Position numbers and translations under genes: made by a program
The notes under the pieces: generated by a model
Databases searched by the model: none
The model's input: only the letters and a program-made list of their open reading frames with translations
Told to the model about the DNA's origin: nothing
In this document: positions 28,131-37,149 of the stretch, piece after piece
How the letters are laid out: each line of letters begins with the position of its first letter
Position numbering within the stretch: position 1 is the stretch's first letter
NCBI GenBank assembly: GCA_005881885.1
Contig: VBDX01000139.1
Coordinates: 2,913 to 66,912 of the forward strand
Direction: 5' to 3'
Length of the DNA stretch: 64,000 nucleotides
Origin: Chloroflexota bacterium
GTDB taxonomy: Bacteria > Chloroflexota > Limnocylindria > P2-11E

Positions 28131-30208
28131 CCTTGGCCGAGCATAGCCGGTCCGTCCATTCCAAGGGACGTTCGCCAGGCGATGAACGCGTACTGATCGG
28201 CGAGGTCGTCGACCTGCTTGTCGAGTGGCTTCCCGATCCCATGCCCGGCGTCGCGATCGACACGCAAGAGCACGACCGACGCCGGATCCTCGCTCTGCGC
28301 CTGTAACAGGGCCGCCATCTTCCGCGCGTGCATCGGGTCAACGCGGCTGTCGCCTTCCGCGGTGGTGAAAAGCACCGGCGGATAGCGCATTCCCGCGCGG
28401 ACGTTGTGATACGGCGAGTACCGGCAAAGCCATTTGAACTGATCTGCGTCCTCGGCGGATCCGTACTCCGCGATCCAGAAGCGCGCGATCCGGAAGTTCT
28501 GATAGCGGAGCATGTCGAGCAGCGGGACCGCGCAGCACACCGCGGCGAAGAGCTCGGGGCGCTGTGTCAGCGCCGCACCCACCAGCAGTCCGCCGTTCGA
28601 ACCGCCCGAGATCGCCAGGCGATCGGGCCGCGTCCATCCCCCGGATACCAGCGCCTCCGCGGCGGCGTGAAAATCATCGAAGACGTTCTGCTTGTTCGCG
28701 AGCATGCCCGCGCGGTGCCAGCGCTCGCCGTACTCCCCGCCGCCGCGCAGATTCGGAAGAGCGAAGAGGCCGCCGGCTTCCACCCACGCCGCCGCACCCG
28801 GAAAGTACGCCGGCGTGCGGGAGATGTTGAACCCGCCGTACCCGGTGAGGAGCGTCGGTACCTCCCCCGTGGGCCGAACATCGTTGCGATGCACGAGGAA
28901 CATCGAGACCTCGGTCCCATCCGGGGAGCGGTACGTCGTCTGCTCCACGGCGACGCGCCGCGGGTCGAGACGAGGCGGCATAGGGAGGCGTACGAGCTCA
29001 TCCTGTTGGCCGGTCTTGGCGTCGGCCACGAACGCGATCGGCGGCTGCGTGAACGACTGGAACGTGTACCCGACGCGATCGCTGGCGGCCTCACCTTGCA
29101 CGAACTCGATAGCGCCGAGCGACGGCAGATCGATCACGCGCTCGTCCGATCCCTTGAGGTCGTACGTCGCCAGGCGCGAGGTGGCGCGCACGAGGCGGAG
29201 CACGGCGACGCGGTCGCGCGTCCGATCGAACCCCTGGATGACGTGGTCGCCCTCCGGGATCACGGTCCGCCAGCGTGACGCCGCGGGCTCCTCGCACCAA
29301 GCGCTCACGATGCGGTAGTTCGGCGCGTCCAGATTCGTCCTGAGCCACAGCCGACCATCGTCGTAGGGCGCACCTTCGGCGATCGCGTCCAGCCCCTCCA
29401 TAACGATCGCGAAGCCGCGACCCGGATGCTCGCGGTCCATCACGTAGAGATCGCTCCGCGCCCATCCCTTCATCGCAGTGAAAAGGACCCAGCGGCCATT
29501 CGGCGACGTCGCCACGAGCAGGATGTCTTCCTTCGGTCGGCTATCGCCGAACACGAGGACGTCCTTGGTCGGATCGTCGCCGAGATGATGGAAGCGGACC
29601 CGCCGAAAGTAATTCTCGTCGCCCGCTGGCACCGAGCCAGGCGCGGGATGGACCGTGTAGTAGAAGCCGGTGTGCACCCACGCGATGGTGGAGTGCTGCG
29701 TGTGCGGGATGCGATCGCCGAGCTCCTTGCCGCTGTCGGTCTCGACGACGTGGAGGGTCGAGCGCTCGTCGCCGCCGCGCGAGAGCCCATATGCGACGTA
29801 GCGGGCGTCGTGCGACGGGTAGTACCAGTCGAGCGTCACGAGGCCCGATGCGTCGATGGCATTCGGATCGACCAGCGCGCGATCGGGCGAGTCGATGGCA
29901 TCGCGCACGTAGAGCACGGCCTGCTTCTGCTCGCCCTCACGTCGCGTGTGAAAGACGTGTCCGGCGACCGGGCGCGGGGTCGAGAGCAGTCCTACGGAGA
30001 GAAGCTCGCGCAGCCTTCGCGCGAGCGTCGCGCGCTGCGGCAGCGCGTCGAGCACAGCGCGCGTCCTCACATTTTGTAGATCGGTCCAGTCACGCACACG
30101 CTCCGACGCGTCGTCCTCGAGCCAGCGATAGGGATCGGGGACGCGCTCGCCATGCCACGTATCGAACAGTTCGTCGCGCGGCGTGGCCGGCGGCGGAGGG
30201 ATCGTCAC
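28127..30208 (-). CDS. Prolyl oligopeptidase (S9A)
   Basis: DPYRWLED, GYGGFN, RGGGEYG, GGSNGG (Ser), DSRV (Asp), AGHG (His). Confidence 0.93.
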   Translation of the reverse strand: MTIPPPPATPRDELFDTWHGERVPDPYRWLEDDASERVRDWTDLQNVRTRAVLDALPQRATLARRLRELLSVGLLSTPRPVAGHVFHTRREGEQKQAVLYVRDAIDSPDRALVDPNAIDASGLVTLDWYYPSHDARYVAYGLSRGGDERSTLHVVETDSGKELGDRIPHTQHSTIAWVHTGFYYTVHPAPGSVPAGDENYFRRVRFHHLGDDPTKDVLVFGDSRPKEDILLVATSPNGRWVLFTAMKGWARSDLYVMDREHPGRGFAIVMEGLDAIAEGAPYDDGRLWLRTNLDAPNYRIVSAWCEEPAASRWRTVIPEGDHVIQGFDRTRDRVAVLRLVRATSRLATYDLKGSDERVIDLPSLGAIEFVQGEAASDRVGYTFQSFTQPPIAFVADAKTGQQDELVRLPMPPRLDPRRVAVEQTTYRSPDGTEVSMFLVHRNDVRPTGEVPTLLTGYGGFNISRTPAYFPGAAAWVEAGGLFALPNLRGGGEYGERWHRAGMLANKQNVFDDFHAAAEALVSGGWTRPDRLAISGGSNGGLLVGAALTQRPELFAAVCCAVPLLDMLRYQNFRIARFWIAEYGSAEDADQFKWLCRYSPYHNVRAGMRYPPVLFTTAEGDSRVDPMHARKMAALLQAQSEDPASVVLLRVDRDAGHGIGKPLDKQVDDLADQYAFIAWRTSLGMDGPAMLGQG

Positions 30209-30240
30209 GACGTTCAGCGTACGCGGCATAGACTCGGCGA

Positions 30241-32172
30241 GTGCTCGAGACCGCGCCCGCGCCGGTGAGTGCGCGGCTACTGGAAGACCGAAACCGCGAA
30301 CGTCTCGCCCGGGCCAACGCGCTCGTGCGGCGGCTGGAGTCAGAAAGCGATGCCGACGCGCGACGGACCATCCCCGCGCTCAACGACATTCATCGCGAGA
30401 TCTCGAATCTGGTGAGCGAGTGCGGGATCTGCGTGTCGATGCATCCCGACACGGAAGTTCGCGACACGGCTGAGCGACTTCAACGCGAGGCGTCCGAATT
30501 CAGCCAGACCGCACTGCAGAGCACGCCGGTGTACGACGCGCTCGGGCGAGCCGAGGGTCTCGGGCCGGTGGAGCGTCGACTTGTCGGACTGGTGCGGATG
30601 GACATGAGGCGAGCGGGAGTCGAGCTCGGTCCCGCCGACCGGGACCGCGCCCGCGGGCTGCGCGCCGAGCTGACGAGGCTCGGGCAAGACCACGCGCGGA
30701 ACATCCGCGACGACACGCGCCACGTGGCTCTCGAGAGCGACCGCGAGCTCGATGGACTCCCGAGCGACTACAGAAGAGCCCATCCCGCCGGCCCCGACGG
30801 CACGATCCGGATCAGCACGAACCCGCCGGACATGACACCGGTCATGACCTACGCACGTAGCGAACGTCTGCGCAAAGAGCTCCAGCGGGCCAACGAGGAC
30901 CGGGCCCCGGCGAATCTGGACGTCCTGCGCCGGCTCACGACGACGCGCCACGACCTCGCGGTGCTGCTCGGTTATCCGACGTGGGCGCACTACAACCTCG
31001 AGGAGCGCATGGTCGGGACGCCGGAGGCGCTCGGGCGGTTCATCGATGAGGTCGACGAGGTCGCACAGTCATCCGCGCGCGCGGAGCTCGCGGAGCTCCT
31101 CGCGGAGAAACGGGTCGACCATCCCGGCGCGACGTCGGTCGGCTCCTGGGAGCGGCTCTACTACACCAATCGCGTGAAGGCGAAGCGCTTTCGGTTCGAC
31201 GCGCAGGAGGTGAGGCCGTACCTCGAGTACCGTCGTGTGCGGGAGGCGATCCTCGATCTCAACGCCACGCTCTTCGGCATGAAGTTCGCACCGGTCGTGC
31301 ACGAAGAGCGCTGGCATCCCTCCGTCGAGAGCTTCGACGTCACGATCGACGGACGTCCGAGCGGGCGGATCTCGCTCGACATGCATCCGCGCGAGGGGAA
31401 GAACAAGTGGTTCTTCAACGCGCCCCTCGTGCTCGGGGTGGGCGGGGTGCAGAAGCCGCATAGCGTCCTCTGCTGCAACTTCCCGGATCCGGCGGCCGTG
31501 GCGGGCCCCGCGCTCATGGAGCACCAGCAGGTCGTGACGTATTTCCACGAGTTCGGGCACCTCGTGCATGGGCTCGCGCGCGGCGACGTCCCCTACGTCC
31601 GCCTCTCGCGGACCGAGGGCGACTTCATGGAGGCGCCCTCGACATTCCTGGAGGAGTGGATCTACGACCACGCGGTGCTGTCGACCTTCGCGACGCACGT
31701 CGATACCGGCGCCCCGATACCCGTCGAGCTCGTCCAGCGCCTGCGCGCGGCGCGCGATTTCGGGCGCGGTCTTCGCATCTACGAAGGCTTGCTGTTCGGT
31801 GCGCGCGTATCGCTCGCGCTGCACGATGGGACGAGGACCGGGGCCGATCCGCGAGCGATCGTCGAGGATCTCGAAGGGCGCTACTCGCTCTTCGAGCAGC
31901 TCCCGGGCACGGCGTTCCCGGCCAGCTGGGAGCACATGAACGCCGACCACTACTCCGCGGCGTACTACACCTACCTCTGGTCGACGACGATCGCCAAAGA
32001 CCTGCACACGGCGTTCGGTTCCGACCTTATGGACGTGGCGGTCGCGCGCCGCTACCGCGACCGGATCCTCGCGCCAGGTGGCACGAAGCCGGCCGCCGAC
32101 CTGGTCCGCGACTTCCTCGGCCGGCCGTATGACCTGCGCGCGTTCAAAGCGTGGCTCGCGCCACGGGACTAG
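30241..32172 (+). CDS. M3A metallo-oligopeptidase (thimet-like)
   Basis: FHEFGH, FMEAPS, YYTYLWS. Confidence 0.92.
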   Translation: MLETAPAPVSARLLEDRNRERLARANALVRRLESESDADARRTIPALNDIHREISNLVSECGICVSMHPDTEVRDTAERLQREASEFSQTALQSTPVYDALGRAEGLGPVERRLVGLVRMDMRRAGVELGPADRDRARGLRAELTRLGQDHARNIRDDTRHVALESDRELDGLPSDYRRAHPAGPDGTIRISTNPPDMTPVMTYARSERLRKELQRANEDRAPANLDVLRRLTTTRHDLAVLLGYPTWAHYNLEERMVGTPEALGRFIDEVDEVAQSSARAELAELLAEKRVDHPGATSVGSWERLYYTNRVKAKRFRFDAQEVRPYLEYRRVREAILDLNATLFGMKFAPVVHEERWHPSVESFDVTIDGRPSGRISLDMHPREGKNKWFFNAPLVLGVGGVQKPHSVLCCNFPDPAAVAGPALMEHQQVVTYFHEFGHLVHGLARGDVPYVRLSRTEGDFMEAPSTFLEEWIYDHAVLSTFATHVDTGAPIPVELVQRLRAARDFGRGLRIYEGLLFGARVSLALHDGTRTGADPRAIVEDLEGRYSLFEQLPGTAFPASWEHMNADHYSAAYYTYLWSTTIAKDLHTAFGSDLMDVAVARRYRDRILAPGGTKPAADLVRDFLGRPYDLRAFKAWLAPRD

Positions 32173-33077
32173 GTCGCGCCGACCGGGCAACGCTCGCGGC
32201 GTTCCTCGGCACCGTGGTCCTGGCCGGCCTCAACTTCGTCGCTGTCCGCTTCTCCAATCGCGAGCTGCCACCCTTCGAGGGGGCGGCGCTGCGGTTCGCC
32301 GCATCCGCACTGCTCTTTTTCGCCTATGTGCGCCTGCGCGGGATCGCACCGCCGACGGGTCGCGGTCTCCGGGGAGCGCTGCTCTTCGGCGTCCTCGCGT
32401 TCTTCGGTTCGTACGCGCTCGCCTACTGGGGCCTCGTCTCCGCGCCGGCCGGCCTCGGCTCGCTCGCCTTCGCGCTCGTGCCGGTGCTGACGGCGGTGCT
32501 CGCGACGACCCACGGTCTCGAGCTCTTCCGCCCGCGCACGCTCATCGGCGGCGCGGTCGCATCCGTCGGAATCGCCATCGTCTTCGGCGATCAGATCAGC
32601 ACCGCGATCCCCCGCGCGTCGCTGCTCGCCCTTCTCGCGGCCGCCGCCTGCGCCGCGGAGTCAGGGATCGTGGTCAAGTACTTTCCGCGCAGTCATCCAG
32701 CGGCTACGAACAGCGTCGCCATGACGACCGGCGCTCTTCTGCTCGCGATCCTCTCCTTCGGCACCGGCGAGCGCTGGATCCTGCCGTCGCACGCGCTCAC
32801 GCTCGTAGCGTTCGTCTATCTCGTGGTGAGCACCGTCGCGCTGTTCGCCCTGTCGCTCTTCGTCCTCGGACGCTGGACGGCGTCCGCGACTGCTTTCCAG
32901 TTCCCGCTGGCCCCGCTCGTGACGGTGATCGCGGCAGGGACGCTCGCGGGCGAGAGTGTCAGCGGAGCCTTCCTGGCCGGCGGGGTGCTGGTGCTCGGAG
33001 GGGTACTGCTCGCCGCGACCGGCCGTACCGCCGCGCGAGAGCGGGCGCCATCGCTCAGACCGGCCGCAGGTAGCTGA
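32151..33077 (+). CDS. EamA/DMT family transporter
   Basis: Ten hydrophobic helices in two EamA repeats. Confidence 0.85.
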   Translation: MARATGLGRADRATLAAFLGTVVLAGLNFVAVRFSNRELPPFEGAALRFAASALLFFAYVRLRGIAPPTGRGLRGALLFGVLAFFGSYALAYWGLVSAPAGLGSLAFALVPVLTAVLATTHGLELFRPRTLIGGAVASVGIAIVFGDQISTAIPRASLLALLAAAACAAESGIVVKYFPRSHPAATNSVAMTTGALLLAILSFGTGERWILPSHALTLVAFVYLVVSTVALFALSLFVLGRWTASATAFQFPLAPLVTVIAAGTLAGESVSGAFLAGGVLVLGGVLLAATGRTAARERAPSLRPAAGS

Positions 33078-33914
33078 TCCCGCCCGCGACGAGCTGATAG
33101 CCCATGGTCTCATTGAGGTGCAGGATCGGCGCGTTCGCCGCATCGTTTCCCGTGCGGACCCGATCGACACCAAGCGCGATGGCCTGCGCCACGGTCTCGC
33201 ACTTGAGAGCTCGCGCGACGCCGCGACCGCGGACCGAGAGCGCCGTCGCGGTCCAGTTTGTGCCGACGATGCCGCGGACCGGCGGGTAGGCGAGGACGGA
33301 CACCCCAACGACCTCGTCGCCACGCCGCGCGATCCAGAAGCGATCCTTATGACCTGTGGATCATCGTCCTCGGCGAGTGTGAGGATGCGGACACCCTCAC
33401 GCCGCATGCGCGAACGCGACGCCTCGGTCATCGCAAGCAGCTTCTCGCGGTTGGCGCCAAGATCGAGCTCCCAACGTCGGGAGCGCCGGTCTTCTTTGTA
33501 CCCGCGCCCGAGGATGGTTTCGATCCGCAGTTGGTCGTCTTCGTACGCCCCCACGCCCAGGATCCTCGCCCCGTCGGCGATGACGCGCTCCTCCATGGCG
33601 GCGAGGAGGGCATCGAGGATCGCGTTCGAGCGCTCCGCCAGCAGAACGTCGCCGCCCACCGACGCGTGGCGCTCGGGCTGCAGGTCCCAGCGCGCGTGCT
33701 CGGTCGTCGCGAAGCCGATATCGTGGCCGCGGCGACACGCGATGAAACGCCGGATCTCGAGGTGCTCGTCCGGCTGGGACCACCAGTACGAGTAGCTGAT
33801 CGGATCCCGTGGTGAATCCGGCCGGATCGCCGTTTCGATGTCGGCCGCGAAGGCGCCGTCGCCTGGGGTTGCCGGACGGAAGGACAGCTCGGTCTCCGTG
33901 ATCGTATCGCCCAT
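33055..33914 (-). pseudogene. Tandem-GNAT acetyltransferase, frameshifted, probable internal deletion
   Basis: The N-terminal frame ends ..LAEDDDPQ; the C-terminal GNAT (HKDRFWIARRGDEVVGVS..RGRGVARALK..NAPILHLN..GY) resumes in the -1 frame near 33350. Confidence 0.75.
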
Positions 33915-34750
33915 CAACCGCTCCTCTTGAGCCGTCCTGTCCGCTTGGCGTGGCGCTCGGCCCAGAGGAAGATCCGGAGGCCGAGCGGGATCGAGACGGC
34001 GCCGACGAGCAGCGCCGGCCAGAGGTTTGGCCAGACCGCCGCGAGGTCCGCCCCGTCGAGCAGGGCCGCGCGCATCCCGCGTATCACGTAGGTCGCCGGC
34101 GAGATGAACGAGAGCACCTGCATCCACGCGGGCAGGATGGTCGTCTCGTAGTACACGCCGGAGACAAGCAGCACGACCGCCTGGACGATGTAGGCCATCT
34201 GCAGACCTTTCTCGGTCCAGAGCAGCGGGAATACCGCGGAGCCGATCGCAAGGCCGATGAAAGCGACCGCTCCCGTCGCGAGCAGGGCCAGGGCGGACGC
34301 GACGTTCGCATGCGAGAGGTCGACCGGCACGAAGAGGGCGACCGCGGCGAGTATCGCGACGCTGAAGCCGAGCGCCCGCACCAGCGTCGCGCCGCACATT
34401 CCCGCGAGATGCGTAAGGCGCGGCACCGGGGCCATGAACGTGTACTCGATCGTGCCTTCCCAGCGCTCCCAAGCGATCGTCTCGCCCATCTGCTCGAAGA
34501 TGAGCCCGAGGAAGCGCCAGGTGATCGTTCCGACCAGCAGGTAGAGCACGAACCGCGACACGTCCGCTTGAGCCAGGCCGCCGCCGGTGATCGCCGGCGC
34601 CCCGAGCGCGATGTAGGCGACCGAGAGGCTCGTGACGATCCCGTAGACGAGCCACACGATCTCCCACGCCCAATAGCGCTTCGACAGCGCGATCTCGCGC
34701 TCCACGAACGCGTATGCGAGACCCAGCTGCGCGCCGACGTTCGCGATCAC
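33914..34750 (-). CDS. ABC-2 type exporter permease
   Basis: ERWEGTIEYTFMAP, VSGVYY..LPAWMQ..SPATY. Confidence 0.88.
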   Translation of the reverse strand: MIANVGAQLGLAYAFVEREIALSKRYWAWEIVWLVYGIVTSLSVAYIALGAPAITGGGLAQADVSRFVLYLLVGTITWRFLGLIFEQMGETIAWERWEGTIEYTFMAPVPRLTHLAGMCGATLVRALGFSVAILAAVALFVPVDLSHANVASALALLATGAVAFIGLAIGSAVFPLLWTEKGLQMAYIVQAVVLLVSGVYYETTILPAWMQVLSFISPATYVIRGMRAALLDGADLAAVWPNLWPALLVGAVSIPLGLRIFLWAERHAKRTGRLKRSG

Positions 34751-35601
34751 GCTCCGGTCTCCCCACTCGTGTCGTCGGCCTCGTCGAGCCGCCGTCCGGT
34801 AGCCGTCATGAAGACGTCCTCGAGCGTTCCGCCGCCGTGGCGCGCGGCGAGCTCCGCCGGTGTGCCTTCGGCCACGAGGCGACCCTGGTGCAGGATGCCG
34901 ATCCGATCGGCGAGTCGCGCGGCCTCGTCGAGGTCGTGCGTAGTGAGAAGGATCGTCGCGTCGTGCTCGTCCCGCAGATCGCGGACGAACGTCTGCACCT
35001 CCCGTTTGCTGCGGATGTCGAGACCCGTCGTCGGCTCGTCGAGGAGCAGCAGCATCGGCGCGGTCAGGAAAGCGCGCGCGATCGCGACTTTCTGCTGCAT
35101 CCCGCGCGAGAGCTTCTCGAGCGGCTCGTTCAGCCGAGCTTGCGCGATGCCGAGCCGGCCCAGAATCGACCGGATCTTCGGACGTGAGATCTCGGGCGGC
35201 ACCCCGTAGAGGCGTCCCGCGTAGACGAGGTTCTCCATCGCCGAAAGCTTCTTGAAGAACGAGGCCTCGACCGAGACGCGGTTGATCATCCGCTTGACCG
35301 CGAGCTCGTCCCGACCGATATCGCGACCGAACACCCGGACCTGACCCGCGTCGGGGGTCAGGAGCGTCGAGAAGAGACGGATGAGCGTCGACTTGCCGGA
35401 GCCGTTCGCACCCAGCAGGCCATAGATCTCACCGCGCCAGACCTCGAGGCTGACATCGTCGACCGCACGGACCGACGATCCGCCGCCCGGAAGGACGCGC
35501 GCGGAGCGGAAGTCCTTCCGCACGCCGGTCGCCGCGAGGGCGACGGTGGGTTCCTTCATCTTCAATTCGCTTTGCGTGACGTCGCGCGCCTGGATGGCCA
35601 T
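34747..35601 (-). CDS. ABC exporter ATP-binding protein (DrrA-like)
   Basis: GANGSGKST, LSRGMQQK, LLDEPTTG, TTH. Confidence 0.92.
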   Translation of the reverse strand: MAIQARDVTQSELKMKEPTVALAATGVRKDFRSARVLPGGGSSVRAVDDVSLEVWRGEIYGLLGANGSGKSTLIRLFSTLLTPDAGQVRVFGRDIGRDELAVKRMINRVSVEASFFKKLSAMENLVYAGRLYGVPPEISRPKIRSILGRLGIAQARLNEPLEKLSRGMQQKVAIARAFLTAPMLLLLDEPTTGLDIRSKREVQTFVRDLRDEHDATILLTTHDLDEAARLADRIGILHQGRLVAEGTPAELAARHGGGTLEDVFMTATGRRLDEADDTSGETGA

Positions 35602-35618
35602 CTCTTTTCACCTACTTC

Positions 35619-35655
35619 AAACAAAACAAAAGACCGTGGGCCTCTGCCCACGGTC
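35619..35655 (-). terminator. Intrinsic terminator (attenuator) in the ABC operon leader
   Basis: Perfect 10-bp stem GACCGTGGGC/GCCCACGGTC, 4-nt loop, then TTTTGTTTTGTTT, ending about 18 nt before the ATG. Confidence 0.85.
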
Positions 35656-35680
35656 CGAGCGGCCTCGCGAAAGCTGGGTT

Positions 35681-35764
35681 CTAGGCCATCCCGTGAGTGG
35701 GCAGGCTGCGCCGAGGACCGGCGAGCGGGCCGGAGCCGGTGCGATTGCGAACGAAGCTCAGCAC
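35681..35764 (-). CDS. Putative 27-aa leader peptide
   Basis: AAGGA SD 9 nt before GTG; MLSFVRNRTGSGPLAGPRRSLPTHGMA*; its 3' end contains the antiterminator strand. Confidence 0.55.
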   Translation of the reverse strand: MLSFVRNRTGSGPLAGPRRSLPTHGMA

Positions 35765-35811
35765 TGCGCCACTTCCTTTCGTGAAGTCCACGCGTTCCGC
35801 GTGACCTGGGG

Positions 35812-35820
35812 ACGATACCA
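35812..35820 (-). promoter_or_regulatory. Extended -10 promoter TGgTATCGT for the leader
   Basis: TGn-TAnnnT about 50 nt upstream of the leader start. Confidence 0.45.
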
Positions 35821-35823
35821 GAG

Positions 35824-35894
35824 TCGAGGGGGCCTCGGCCCCTCGAACCCCCGCGTCGTTCGTGGGGGTACGAGGGGGGCCGCGCCCCCCTCGA
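35824..35894. repeat. Inverted pair of family-1-like palindromes
   Basis: GGGGGTTCGAGGGGCCGAGGCCCCCTCGA (minus, 35824-35852) and GGGGGTACGAGGGGGGCCGCGCCCCCCTCGA (plus, 35864-35894). Confidence 0.7.
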
Positions 35895-35897
35895 GCG

Positions 35898-36047
35898 CTA
35901 GAGAGCGACTCTGCGACCTGAGATGAGCTGCACCAGGAGGACGATGAGCGCGATCAGCAAAAGCAGGTGGATCAGCGCGCCGAGGTTCAGGATCGGCCCG
36001 CCGAGCAACCACAGGATCAGCAGGATGAGGATGATCGTCCAGAGCAT
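35898..36047 (-). CDS. lmo0937/DUF5670-like small membrane protein (49 aa)
   Basis: MLWTIILILLILWLLGG..LIHLLLLIALIVLLVQLISGRR; AAGGAGG SD. Confidence 0.85.
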   Translation of the reverse strand: MLWTIILILLILWLLGGPILNLGALIHLLLLIALIVLLVQLISGRRVAL

Positions 36048-36133
36048 CCGCGTACCTCCTTCCGCCGGTCTCAGCGCGAGAGAAGCACGCAAGCGTCATG
36101 CCACGTACTGTCGCTCGCATTGCTGGCCACCCA

Positions 36134-36167
36134 CAAAACGAAGGACGCCCCATCAATGGAGCGTCCT
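36134..36167 (-). terminator. Intrinsic terminator after the CHRD gene
   Basis: AGGACGCTCC/GGGGCGTCCT stem followed by TCGTTTTGT. Confidence 0.7.
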
Positions 36168-36191
36168 CCTGCTGCGGGTTAGTCGAATGCG

Positions 36192-36737
36192 CTAAGCCTT
36201 CGTCAGCTGACCTCGGATCACGCCCCCGGCGTGGAGCGTGGAGTGGAAGTTCACGTACCAGCCTGCGGGGTTCGCAATGACCGCCGTGATCACAGCCGGG
36301 TCCGCGTTGCTATTCGTGCGCGAGAAGGTCACCGCGCCGCCCGTGAGCGCGATGTCGCCAGCCTTGAGCGTGCTGTCGATCTTGACGGGGCCGTTGACGC
36401 CGGCCGCGCCCTCGTGGATGTGACCGATGTTGATAACGGTGGTCGCCGGGCAGCCGGTGATCGAGACGTCGAACTTCGCGCTTGTCCCGGTGAATGTGAC
36501 GGTCGCGGTGCCGCTGCAGGTCGCTTCGGCGTCGGTGATCGGTGGGTTCTCATTCGAGGCCTTGAGCTCGGCCTTGAACGTGTTCGCGGGTGTCGGAGAC
36601 GGAGACGGGGACGGGGATGGGGATGGCGTCGGTGACGCGGTACGTGTTGGCGACGGGCTCGGGCTCGGCGCGGCCGCCGTCCCGCCACACGCAGCGATGA
36701 CCACCGCCGCCGCCGCGATGCCAGCGAATAGACGCAT
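36192..36737 (-). CDS. CHRD-domain lipoprotein with a Ser/Pro linker
   Basis: Lipobox IAAC; (SP)n linker; GHIHEGAAGVNGPV; YVNFHS..GGVIRGQL. Confidence 0.88.
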   Translation of the reverse strand: MRLFAGIAAAAVVIAACGGTAAAPSPSPSPTRTASPTPSPSPSPSPSPTPANTFKAELKASNENPPITDAEATCSGTATVTFTGTSAKFDVSITGCPATTVINIGHIHEGAAGVNGPVKIDSTLKAGDIALTGGAVTFSRTNSNADPAVITAVIANPAGWYVNFHSTLHAGGVIRGQLTKA

Positions 36738-36805
36738 CTGCCAGATCCTCCTTGCAGGTTCCTCGATCTATACGGCCCCGCGGGCCGTTCGGATGAACAG
36801 GGTAG

Positions 36806-37093
36806 GCCGAGCAGGCCATCTAAGCCGGATTCTGGCGAGGATGGTCATCCCTCTCGAGCGGAGGTCGCCCTCCGCCTCTAGCGGCCTACCCGGGGACGGC
36901 GCGGGCCACGCCATCGTCCCCTTACGCGGCCTTGCTCCAGGTAGCGCTTGCCCGTTTCACCCCGCTCGCGCGGGATCGTCACTGTGGCGCGGGCCTCGCC
37001 TCACGGCGGAGGGGCGTTACCCCTTACCCTGCCCTGTGGAGTCCGGACTTTCCTCGGCGGCTTTCGCCGACGCGACCATCCGGCCTGCTCGGC
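36806..37093 (-). ncRNA. rnpB: RNase P RNA (compact, about 288 nt)
   Basis: 12-bp P1 GCCGAGCAGGCC/GGCCTGCTCGGC; GAGGAAAGTCCGG; GCCACAGTGACGA; GGTA loop; AGAATCCGGCTTA; TAGACT -10 box at 37100-37105. Confidence 0.97.
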
Positions 37094-37149
37094 ATGTTTA
37101 GTCTAGCTTTCTTTTTCTACCGGCCTTCGGCCGAAGTTTCACTACTTGA

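Noticed and set aside
32661-34766. 701-aa minus ORF
   Set aside because: It is a chimera: an off-frame shadow of the permease, the true GNAT N-terminus, then post-frameshift sequence.
36595-36670. Hexamer microsatellite-like repeats in the CHRD gene
   Set aside because: They simply encode the Ser/Pro linker, with synonymous variation; not a contingency locus.
37121-37133. CGGCCTTCGGCCG hairpin upstream of rnpB
   Set aside because: The T-run is on the wrong side for termination on the gene-bearing strand, so no function can be supported.
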